Below, piece after piece: positions 48,302-56,477 of a DNA stretch of 64,000 bases. Below the pieces are notes generated by a model. It did not search any database and was not told the DNA's origin. It was given only the letters and a program-made list of their open reading frames with translations. Position numbers and translations under genes: made by a program. The stretch comes from an uncultured bacterium (GTDB lineage Bacteria > Verrucomicrobiota > Verrucomicrobiia > Verrucomicrobiales > DEV007), in assembly GCA_963977015.1 (NCBI GenBank), contig CAXBMO010000012.1:1-64000 (forward strand). Reading direction: 5' to 3'. Positions within the stretch are counted from its first letter, which is position 1, and each line of letters opens with the position of its first letter.

Positions 48302-49441
48302 TCATTGGGAAGCTTGAGCCTTCAACATCGCGTCCGTTTCGGAAATTTTGAACCGGGTGGAAACGACTGAGTGTTTTTCCGGGCCTTCGGCATACTTGAT
48401 ATAGGTCGTCGCAACGATGGTCCCGTCCGGCAATAACTCGACGCCGGGATAGCCGCAGTCGCTCCTCCGCTCGGCGTGGCTATGAAGCAGCTTGATGCGA
48501 TATTCGCCCGGCTTGCCGGATTTGATGTCCTCATACGTTCCGACCCAGGCCACAAAATGTCCCCATGTCGGACTGTTCAGGGCTTGATCGCGGAAGGCGA
48601 AAACCCAGCGGCCATCCGCCAACTGCGTCCCGATGTGACGATCGCCCGTGAGTCCCCACGGCGTGTCGACCGGCGTGCTCCAGGTCTTACCTTCGTCGGT
48701 TGAAAACATCATCAGGCTTCGGCCCTTGTGGGTATTTTCCCGCATCAGGCAGCAAAGCTCATTTCCATCCGGAGCGCGGAAGACGAACGGTTCGCAGGGA
48801 TTCTTCCCTTCCACTGAAGCGACAATCTCCGGTTCCGACCACGTTAAGCCGCCATCAGCCGTAATCGTCTGGAGGACGTTGAGCGGTGTCCGGTCTTTCC
48901 CGTCGGGACCACGATGGTAGAGCCCGAGATAGCGACCATCCTTCAGTTTCACCACGCTGCTGAACGTCATGACGCAGGGGAAATTCAGGGGCGGCATCTC
49001 TTTCCAGGTCTTGCCGTCATCTTCGCTCATGATGCTCGGCATCCCCGGCCCACCTCGGGTTCCCAGCGCGGCGGAAAACACCCAAAGCCGGGCTTTGCCC
49101 TCCGGATCGACCATTCGATAAATGCTCGGGCAGTTTTGGTGTGTTTGGTAACCGGGTGGAAGTTGATCATCCAATCGTGACCACGTCAGGCCACCATCGC
49201 TGCTCTTCGCCATCGGCCCTGCCGCGCCACCGTGATTGATGCACCAAACCGCAAACAGGGTGGTCTTGTCCGGCATCAGCAGCGTGGTCGGGTGACCTTG
49301 GTAAACCTTCTCGGTTCCGGAACTGATGATGACGTGTCGATCCGGTTGATCCGAGAGATCGAGAATCGGGAGATCAGGTGCTTCCTCCGCACAGAGGGAT
49401 GCGGAAACGATGAGGGAAAGGAGGATGGGGGCTTTTTTCAT
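48302..49441 (-). CDS. Secreted BNR/Asp-box sialidase-fold protein
   Basis: Signal peptide; Asp boxes [37 protein letters not shown]. Confidence 0.85.
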   Translation of the reverse strand: MKKAPILLSLIVSASLCAEEAPDLPILDLSDQPDRHVIISSGTEKVYQGHPTTLLMPDKTTLFAVWCINHGGAAGPMAKSSDGGLTWSRLDDQLPPGYQTHQNCPSIYRMVDPEGKARLWVFSAALGTRGGPGMPSIMSEDDGKTWKEMPPLNFPCVMTFSSVVKLKDGRYLGLYHRGPDGKDRTPLNVLQTITADGGLTWSEPEIVASVEGKNPCEPFVFRAPDGNELCCLMRENTHKGRSLMMFSTDEGKTWSTPVDTPWGLTGDRHIGTQLADGRWVFAFRDQALNSPTWGHFVAWVGTYEDIKSGKPGEYRIKLLHSHAERRSDCGYPGVELLPDGTIVATTYIKYAEGPEKHSVVSTRFKISETDAMLKAQASQ

Positions 49442-49504
49442 GAGTGAAGAGAGATGAATGATGACGACAAAACGCGTTCTTTGCGAGCGGGCGATAATCG
49501 ATTG

Positions 49505-49524
49505 CCAGTGGTAAATGTTTACCA
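49505..49524 (-). promoter_or_regulatory. Conserved site copy A: TGGTAAACATTTACCACTGG (minus strand)
   Basis: 19/20 identical to 50835..50854 in inverted orientation; upstream of the BNR gene. Confidence 0.75.
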
Positions 49525-49526
49525 CA

Positions 49527-50831
49527 CTAACGCGCCATCGCTTCTTTCAGAACAACCGCTCGGCCGTCGATCCGAAACTCGGCCACGCGAATGCCATTTC
49601 GCAAGGGACGCAATCCAACCCGACCGATGGCACGATCTGGATCGTCGGTGAGCGAGGCGATCAGCTGATCATTGACGGTGATGCGAAGCCGATTCCCTTT
49701 TCGGCGCAATTGAAAAGGGAAGGGGGTTTCCTCCCGGATCACGTCGGCGTTGCGGCGAAAGAACCGGACCGATCCCAGGGTCTCGCCTTCCAAAAAAAAG
49801 CGGCCTTCCCGGCCATCGAAACCAAAGCGGTCGCCCCCGAACTCCAGAGAGGCCGCCGTTCCTCCCAGACGATCCAGCGAGATCACTCCGCCAATCTCAA
49901 CGTCGCCTTTTCCGATGACTTCATCGGCGTAGACGACAATCCGGGCGGAATCACCTTTGAGGTAACGGATTCCTTTGCCGCGCTGCATCTCGCGGGCAAT
50001 CTCGCGATAGTGAGTCGGTTCGTGGCCTTGAAAGCGGCGAAACAGCTTCGCGAAATACTGACTGGAGTTGAATCCACATTCAAAGGCGATTTCGGTGATC
50101 GAGCGATCCGTGTCGCGAAGCAATTGGCGGCTCCGGCGGATCCGCAGCCGGTTGAGATAAGTGCTGGGACTTTCCCCGGTGATTTGCCGGCAGATCACTC
50201 CAAATCGCGAACGTCGGAGTCCGACTTCGCCGGCTAGTTCCGTGAGCGTCCAGTCTTCATGCGCGCGCGATTCGAGCTCCGACAGGAACCCGGCGACCCG
50301 ATGTTCGGTGACCGACGAAGCGACGTTCGTGGGTTTCGATTGACGTTTGCTAAGCGCGGCGCAAATCGACGTCAGCAGGTGAACCGCGCAGGCCTGACAC
50401 TCGAGTTGGGAAAGCGGGCTTTCGTCCTTTGCTTTCGAGATGGTTTTCGAGAAAAGCGCTCCCAACTCCGCGTTGGTGGAAAGGACAGGCGACGCTGAAT
50501 CGAGAAGGGTTTTTCGCAGCAACGTCGCCTGCTCGGGGCGAAACGGAGAACCCACTTCCAGAGAAATCCCGCGAGCTTTGTTCCCGGCCTTCCATTCGAG
50601 CTCGACGCTTTCGACGTGGATCGAGACTTGTTCGGACGATTCGATTCCGCTGAAGACCTGACCGGGCCTGACAAGAAGCACGTCTCCCTCACGAAGCTCA
50701 AACTTTTCCCCGTCGATCGACCACCGCGTTCGGCCTTTTGCGAGCCGCAAAAACGTCAGTCTCTCTACCCGATACGGTTCCGGACCGCGGTTTCGGGTGC
50801 TGACCGAGTAGGCGTGAACTCGTATCTCCAT
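49527..50831 (-). CDS. AraC family regulator with extra C-terminal beta-sandwich domain
   Basis: Cupin-like N-terminus, [30 protein letters not shown], about 140 extra C-terminal residues. Confidence 0.9.
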   Translation of the reverse strand: MEIRVHAYSVSTRNRGPEPYRVERLTFLRLAKGRTRWSIDGEKFELREGDVLLVRPGQVFSGIESSEQVSIHVESVELEWKAGNKARGISLEVGSPFRPEQATLLRKTLLDSASPVLSTNAELGALFSKTISKAKDESPLSQLECQACAVHLLTSICAALSKRQSKPTNVASSVTEHRVAGFLSELESRAHEDWTLTELAGEVGLRRSRFGVICRQITGESPSTYLNRLRIRRSRQLLRDTDRSITEIAFECGFNSSQYFAKLFRRFQGHEPTHYREIAREMQRGKGIRYLKGDSARIVVYADEVIGKGDVEIGGVISLDRLGGTAASLEFGGDRFGFDGREGRFFLEGETLGSVRFFRRNADVIREETPFPFQLRRKGNRLRITVNDQLIASLTDDPDRAIGRVGLRPLRNGIRVAEFRIDGRAVVLKEAMAR

Positions 50832-50834
50832 GTT

Positions 50835-50854
50835 TGGTAAACATTTACCAGTGG
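50835..50854 (+). promoter_or_regulatory. Conserved site copy B: TGGTAAACATTTACCAGTGG
   Basis: In the divergent araC/nanA spacer; 7-bp perfect arms around a CA centre. Confidence 0.75.
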
Positions 50855-50903
50855 TTTCCTGTAAAAGCCAGATCGTCTTGGCTCGGCAATTCTTGGCCCT
50901 TCC

Positions 50904-51854
50904 ATGAATGCCTCGCCAACTCACTCAGAACCCCTCACCGGAATCATCGCCGCGACGTTCACGCCGTTTGATGACCAGGGAGAGCTGAACCTGGATTTGA
51001 TCCCGAAATTGACGGACCACCTGATCTCGAACGGAGTCTCCGGGATCTACATTTGCGGGAGCACGGGGGAAGGGCCGTCCCTGACAATCGCTGAGCGCAA
51101 GGCTGTCACCGAAGCCTATCTTCGTTCGGCGAAGGGAAGGCTGCGAACCGTCGTTCATGTCGGGCACACCTGTTTGCAGGACGCGATGGGGTTGGGACAG
51201 CATGCGGAGAAATTCGGCGCGACTGCGATCTCCGCGATTGCGCCGTATTACTTCAAACCGGAAGACAGTCAGACCTTGGTCGCCTTTCTCAAGGAAGTGG
51301 CGGAATCCGCGTCGTCGCTTCCCTTCTACTACTACCACATGCCCGGGCTGACCGGGCTGGCGATTGATCCGGTGGAGTTCCTGGAGCGCGGGGAGAATGC
51401 GATTCCGAATCTGCGGGGGATGAAGTTCACCGACGCCGATCTCAGCAAATTCAGTGCGTGTCAGGCGATGAGTGACGGGAGGTTCGACCTGGTGTTCGGG
51501 AGAGATGAAATGTTGTTCCCCAGTTTGGCGGCGGGCGCGCGCGGAGCGGTCGGAAGCACCTACAATCTGGCGCCCGCGCTTTATCGCGGGATCGTTCGGG
51601 CGTTTGAAGACGGCGATTGGGAAAATGCCCGGCAGCTTCAACGAAAATCGGTCGCCATGATTCGGGCGATTCTCCGATTTGGCGGTGAGGCTGCGATCAA
51701 GTATCCCATGAAGCGGTTGGGACTGGATTGTGGCCCGCGAAGGCTTCCGATGACGCAATTGAGTTCGGATCAGGAGCGAGCGATTGATCTTGCCTTGGAC
51801 GAGTTGGGTTTCGACACTTGGGCCGTGAATTCCGCCCCCGCAACGAACGCATGA
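50904..51854 (+). CDS. nanA: N-acetylneuraminate lyase (DHDPS/NAL family)
   Basis: GSTGEG, YYYHMPGLTG, GMKFT Schiff-base Lys, FGRDE, GAVGSTYN; sialic-acid gene context. Confidence 0.8.
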   Translation: MNASPTHSEPLTGIIAATFTPFDDQGELNLDLIPKLTDHLISNGVSGIYICGSTGEGPSLTIAERKAVTEAYLRSAKGRLRTVVHVGHTCLQDAMGLGQHAEKFGATAISAIAPYYFKPEDSQTLVAFLKEVAESASSLPFYYYHMPGLTGLAIDPVEFLERGENAIPNLRGMKFTDADLSKFSACQAMSDGRFDLVFGRDEMLFPSLAAGARGAVGSTYNLAPALYRGIVRAFEDGDWENARQLQRKSVAMIRAILRFGGEAAIKYPMKRLGLDCGPRRLPMTQLSSDQERAIDLALDELGFDTWAVNSAPATNA

Positions 51855-54376
51855 AGAAGCTGATGCCGGTGGCATGGATCCTGGTGCTTCTCGCGTTCAG
51901 CGCGCGAGCGGAACATCCATTGGAGTGGTCTGCCTTGCCGGAGATTCCATCGGAGCTGGGCGTGGCGGGGCCATTCAGTGGAGTGCAGGGTGATCAGCTG
52001 CTGGTGGCCGGCGGAGCGAATTTTCCGGAGCCCGTCTGGGAGAATGGGAAAGTCTGGCACGACACGATTTACGCGTTGGCGCTTGGCGACGAGAGCGCGG
52101 TTTGGAGAAGGGTGGGGAAGCTTCCCCGGCCGCTTGCTTATGGTGCGTGCGTCAGTGTTCCGGAAGGGGTGATCTGCATCGGTGGGAATGACGCGGAACA
52201 GGTCTCTGCCGAGGTGTTTCTGCTGAGCCTGGACGGTGAAGCGGCGAAGGTAACCGAACTGCCGTCTCTTCCTCAATCGCTCTGCTTCGGAGCCGCGGCG
52301 CGGTTGGGAAACGTGATCTATGTTGCCGGTGGAACGACAGATTTCGGGCTCGAGACGGCGCAGAACAACCTGTGGCGGTTGGATTGGTCGATGCGGGGAG
52401 ACGCGGACGCGTTCGGGTGGGAAAGTTTGGAATCCTGGCCCGGCCCGGCCCGTGCGTTCAACTCCCTGGTGGCGCAAAACAATGGCCGTGCGGACTGCCT
52501 GTATCTGCTGGGAGGCCGTCACCTCGACGAATCGGGCGAAACCCGGTTTCTCGACGACGTTTACGAGTTCAACCCATTGCGGGCAGATCAACCCTGGCGG
52601 ACGCGGGCGAGTCTTCCCCGTCCCCAGGCGGCGGGAACGGCCGTCGCGATTGGGCAGAGTCACCTCTTCACGCTAGGAGGCGCGGATGGAGCGTTGTTCG
52701 CTCAATCGGACGAATTGAAGGACGAGCATCCTGGTTTCCCGAGAACGAGCTTTGCCTATCACACGATCACCGATACCTGGATTGAAGCGGGGGAGATGCC
52801 GCAGAATCAGGTGACGACTCATGCGGTGCAATGGGGCGATCGCGTCGTCCTCGCGAGTGGCGAGATTCGTCCCCGGGTCCGGACCAGGGCCGTCTGGTTG
52901 ATTGAACCACGAAAGGCGACCGCCACGTTTGCCGCGGGAAATTGGGTCGCGATCGTCCTTTATCTCGGCGGGGTCATGGGAATCGGGGTTTTCTTTTCGC
53001 GGCGAAACAAGGACACGAACGACTTCTTTCGTGGTGGTCAGCGGATTCCGGCCTGGGTCGCGGGGCTGAGCATTTTCGCCACGCTGCTCAGCTCGATCAC
53101 GTTCATCGCCTTGCCGGCTCGGGCGTTTGCAACGGACTGGGTTTATGTCTTGATCAACGCGGGCATTCTGATTTGCGCTCCGCTCGTGGTGTTCCGGATC
53201 ATTCCCTTTTTCCGGGAGATCAACGCGACCTCGGCCTATGAGTATCTGGAACGCCGCTTCAACCTGGCGATCCGGCTGTTTGCCAGCGCGTCCTTCGTCC
53301 TGTTTCAGATCGGGCGAATGGCGATCGTGATGTATCTCCCGGCGCTGGCGTTGGCCGCGATCACGCCGCTTTCCCTCGAAGGCTGCATTTTGGTCATGGG
53401 AATTCTCAGCATCGCCTACTGCACCTTGGGCGGCTTGGAGGCGGTGGTTTGGACCGACGCGGTTCAGGCGATTGTCCTGATTGGGGGAGCGTTGCTCAGT
53501 TTTGGCATCATGGTGTCGGGGCTCGATGGCGGATGGGGCGAGCTGAGAGCGGTTGCGATGGAGGATCAGAAGTTGCGATGGGCTGACTTCGACTGGAGCA
53601 CGACGTCCTACATGACGAGCGCGTTTTGGGTGATCGTCCTGGGCGGGTTGGGCAGTTCGATCATTCCCTACAGTTCCGATCAGGCCGTCGTTCAGCGCTA
53701 CGTTTCGACTCCCACTCAGGAGAAAGCCCAGTCTGCGGTTTGGCTCAACGCGGCGATGTCAGGCTTTGCGACGATCCTGTTCTTCGCCCTGGGAACCGCG
53801 CTTTACGCCTTCTACAAATCGCGTCCCGAAGCGATCGACCCGACCTTCAAGACCGATTCCATCTTTCCCCTTTTCATTTCCCGGGAACTGCCGGTCGGCA
53901 TCGCCGGAATTGTCATCGCCGCCGTTTTCGCCGCAGCCCAATCCACGATTTCGACGAGCATGAACAGCACCTCGACCGCGATCGTGACCGATTTTTTCCG
54001 GCGATTTGGCTGGAAGGGAACCGAAAAAGCCTACCTGAAGCTGGCTCGCATTCTCACGGTGGTTCTCGGCGGATTTGGGACGCTGTTTGCCCTGATTTTG
54101 GCGTGGGGAGATATCGAATCCGCCTGGAAGACCTTTTTGACAATCATCGGGTTCGTGATGGGGCCGTTGTGTGGGATTTTCCTGCTCGGCATGTTCACGA
54201 AGCGCGGAAACGCGAAAGGGGCGATCCTTGGGGCCGCCCTCGGCGTGGGGATCCTGATCTGGGCCCGCTATTTCACGCCAATGAGCGGGTTGCTCTATGC
54301 GCCCCTGGGAATTGCGACCGCTTTTGCCGGTGGAATTATCGGAAGTATGGCTCTGCGAGACCGGCAATCAGCCTGA
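51851..54376 (+). CDS. Kelch/NanM-like mutarotase fused to sodium:solute symporter (SiaT-like)
   Basis: Signal peptide, GVAG..VAGGANFP, Kelch GG repeats, GEIRPRVRT; then SIFATLLSSITFIALP, SAYEYLERRF, AVVWTD, DQAVVQRY, AAAQSTISTSMNS. Confidence 0.9.
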   Translation: MKKLMPVAWILVLLAFSARAEHPLEWSALPEIPSELGVAGPFSGVQGDQLLVAGGANFPEPVWENGKVWHDTIYALALGDESAVWRRVGKLPRPLAYGACVSVPEGVICIGGNDAEQVSAEVFLLSLDGEAAKVTELPSLPQSLCFGAAARLGNVIYVAGGTTDFGLETAQNNLWRLDWSMRGDADAFGWESLESWPGPARAFNSLVAQNNGRADCLYLLGGRHLDESGETRFLDDVYEFNPLRADQPWRTRASLPRPQAAGTAVAIGQSHLFTLGGADGALFAQSDELKDEHPGFPRTSFAYHTITDTWIEAGEMPQNQVTTHAVQWGDRVVLASGEIRPRVRTRAVWLIEPRKATATFAAGNWVAIVLYLGGVMGIGVFFSRRNKDTNDFFRGGQRIPAWVAGLSIFATLLSSITFIALPARAFATDWVYVLINAGILICAPLVVFRIIPFFREINATSAYEYLERRFNLAIRLFASASFVLFQIGRMAIVMYLPALALAAITPLSLEGCILVMGILSIAYCTLGGLEAVVWTDAVQAIVLIGGALLSFGIMVSGLDGGWGELRAVAMEDQKLRWADFDWSTTSYMTSAFWVIVLGGLGSSIIPYSSDQAVVQRYVSTPTQEKAQSAVWLNAAMSGFATILFFALGTALYAFYKSRPEAIDPTFKTDSIFPLFISRELPVGIAGIVIAAVFAAAQSTISTSMNSTSTAIVTDFFRRFGWKGTEKAYLKLARILTVVLGGFGTLFALILAWGDIESAWKTFLTIIGFVMGPLCGIFLLGMFTKRGNAKGAILGAALGVGILIWARYFTPMSGLLYAPLGIATAFAGGIIGSMALRDRQSA

Positions 54377-54445
54377 AATCGTGATTCGATGATTGGTCGA
54401 TAAGCTAGGGTTGCCATCGAGCGTCGCCAAGCGTAAACAGTCGCG

Positions 54446-55135
54446 ATGTCCGAACCGGAAACTCCCGAAAAACCGCGAATCAACCCCTGGTCGATCTGGC
54501 TCATTGTGGGCGTGATGCTGGGTGGTGTATTGGTGGCTTACAACTACAGCCTTCGCCAGAATGCGGAAGCGCAGGACCCGCGTCCCCCCTATCTCAACAA
54601 GCTGGAGGAGGATATTGAGGCGGTGAACCGCGATGGCAATCGGGCGCGACTCAGCTCCCTGAAGGGAAAGGTTTACGTGGCGAGTTATTTGTTCACCACT
54701 TGCCCGATGGGATGCAGCGGAATTGCCGAAAAGTTGACCGTAATTCACGAAGAGTTTGGGGCCGATCCACGGTTTCAGTTGGTTTCGTTCAGTGTGGATC
54801 CGGAAGGCGATACCCCGGAGATGACGGATGAATTTTTGAATCGGCTCGACGTGGGAATCGATGATTGGTGGTATCTGACGGGCGAAAAGGAGGCGATTCA
54901 GCAATACATGCTCGAGTTTTTCCAGCTCAACCCGACCAAGCCGGTCGATAATCCCGCGATCAAGTTTGTTCACGACATGCGAGTGGTCCTCATCGATGGC
55001 AAGGCCAACATTCGCGGCTATTACCAGCTTCTCCATCCGCAGCCTGAATTTGCCGAGCAAAATTTCGAACGATTGAAGGCTGACATCCGCTATATCCTGG
55101 ACAACGAAACCGCACCTCTTGCTTCGAACGAATGA
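54446..55135 (+). CDS. SCO family copper chaperone
   Basis: N-terminal TM helix, FTTCPMGC, SVDPEGDTP, WYLTG, VHD. Confidence 0.9.
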   Translation: MSEPETPEKPRINPWSIWLIVGVMLGGVLVAYNYSLRQNAEAQDPRPPYLNKLEEDIEAVNRDGNRARLSSLKGKVYVASYLFTTCPMGCSGIAEKLTVIHEEFGADPRFQLVSFSVDPEGDTPEMTDEFLNRLDVGIDDWWYLTGEKEAIQQYMLEFFQLNPTKPVDNPAIKFVHDMRVVLIDGKANIRGYYQLLHPQPEFAEQNFERLKADIRYILDNETAPLASNE

Positions 55136-55560
55136 CGACCGCTGATCTTCCCGCTCTCAACGCGATTCTCAACGCCACATCAACCGTGCTTCTGATTGCC
55201 GGTTTGATCTGCATCAAGAACGGAAAACGGAAAGCTCACGGGGGCCTCATGATTTCCGCCTTGGTGGTCTCAACGGTGTTTTTGGCGAGCTACGTGATCC
55301 ACAAGGTGTATCACAGCACGCGCCCTTCCGACCACATGGAGCCGTTGGTGCGCGGGATTTACCTGACGATTCTGATTCCCCACATCATCCTGGCCATCGT
55401 GAACCTGCCGATGATTATTTCGACGGTGATTCCTGCGATCCGCCAGAATTTCGAGCTTCACAAGCGCCGGGCGCGACGGACCTATCCGATTTGGCTCTTC
55501 GTGTCGGTAACCGGCGTGCTGGTCTACCTGTTCCAGTATGTCTGGTTTCCGCCGGGTTAG
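55132..55560 (+). CDS. DUF420 membrane protein
   Basis: LPALNAILN, H..LMISA, FLASY..H, ILIPHIILA, HKRRAR..PIWLFVSVTG. Confidence 0.9.
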   Translation: MTTADLPALNAILNATSTVLLIAGLICIKNGKRKAHGGLMISALVVSTVFLASYVIHKVYHSTRPSDHMEPLVRGIYLTILIPHIILAIVNLPMIISTVIPAIRQNFELHKRRARRTYPIWLFVSVTGVLVYLFQYVWFPPG

Positions 55561-55570
55561 AGGGTTAGAG

Positions 55571-55599
55571 TAGACACACAGCGATTCACCCATTATTTT
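55571..55599 (+). promoter_or_regulatory. Putative sigma70 promoter TAGACA-N17-TATTTT giving a leaderless transcript
   Basis: Exact 17-nt spacer; ATG lies 5 nt after the -10 box. Confidence 0.45.
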
Positions 55600-55604
55600 G
55601 GAGC

Positions 55605-56009
55605 ATGGATACGACGATCTCGATCCCATCTGAAATGGAAGCCGACTTGGCCGCAGAAGCGGAAAAGAATGGCCTTGATCTTGCGTCGTTTGTTCAAAAT
55701 GTTCTAAAATCTCGAATTCAGCCTTCAACATCCGCGCCCTCGATTTCCAGCGCAGAAGAAAAATTGTTGCAGGAGGTCGATATTGGATTTTCTGAGGCTC
55801 AGATGGAACGTTTTGTTGGTCTTCTCGAAAAGCGGCAGGATGACGCCATTTCTGGCGACGAAGAGGAAGAGTTGATCCGAACGACCAGAGAGTTGGAACG
55901 CCTGAACGTAAAGAGGGTGAGAGCCATGAGTCAGTTGGCGAAATTGAGGGGGGTCGATTTAGAAACGGTGAGGAAACAATTGGGGATTGAACCGCCCGAT
56001 GTCCTCTAG
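55605..56009 (+). CDS. Acidic putative antitoxin-like partner of the HNH nuclease
   Basis: Ribbon-helix-helix-like N-terminus (TTISIPSEMEADLAAEAEKNG), EEKLLQEV, RVRAMSQLAKLRGV; overlaps the HNH gene. Confidence 0.7.
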   Translation: MDTTISIPSEMEADLAAEAEKNGLDLASFVQNVLKSRIQPSTSAPSISSAEEKLLQEVDIGFSEAQMERFVGLLEKRQDDAISGDEEEELIRTTRELERLNVKRVRAMSQLAKLRGVDLETVRKQLGIEPPDVL

Positions 56010-56445
56010 CAGGGCCAGCGCCGCGGTGAAACGGCAGGTAGTTGAGCGGGCGCGGGGATGTTGCGAGTATTGCCTGACGCTTCGGTCGTTTTCAGCCAGC
56101 CCATTTGCTGTAGAGCATATCATTCCAGAGGTTAAAGGAGGAACGACCGTCGTGGAAAACCTCTGCCTCGCATGTGCTGGCTGCAATGGCCACAAACATG
56201 CCGCAACGACGGGATGGGATCTGGTGACGGAAAAGCTTCAACCTTTGTTTCACCCCAGACAAGATAGTTGGGCCAATCACTTTGCCTGGAATTTGGGAAA
56301 GTCCATGATTGTCGGGCTTAGCCCTAAAGGTAGAGCCACCGTAAACCGGCTACGCTTGAATCGCCAAGAATTGTCAAACCTTCGAGAAGTGTTGGCCAGA
56401 GACGGACTGCATCCCCCGGATTACCCGTATGCTGGGAATCCGTAG
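55999..56445 (+). CDS. HNH endonuclease
   Basis: RARGCCEYC, VEHIIP..GG, NLCLACAGCNGHK, LFHPRQDSW..HFAW, GRATV..LRLN. Confidence 0.92.
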   Translation: MSSSRASAAVKRQVVERARGCCEYCLTLRSFSASPFAVEHIIPEVKGGTTVVENLCLACAGCNGHKHAATTGWDLVTEKLQPLFHPRQDSWANHFAWNLGKSMIVGLSPKGRATVNRLRLNRQELSNLREVLARDGLHPPDYPYAGNP

Positions 56446-56477
56446 CGATGGTGCCACAAAATTTGCGCGGCTTCATC

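Noticed and set aside
55554-55570. Integron attC/attI core sites next to low-GC genes
   Set aside because: GTTAGAG does not fit GTTRRRY, there is no attC hairpin and no integrase in the window.
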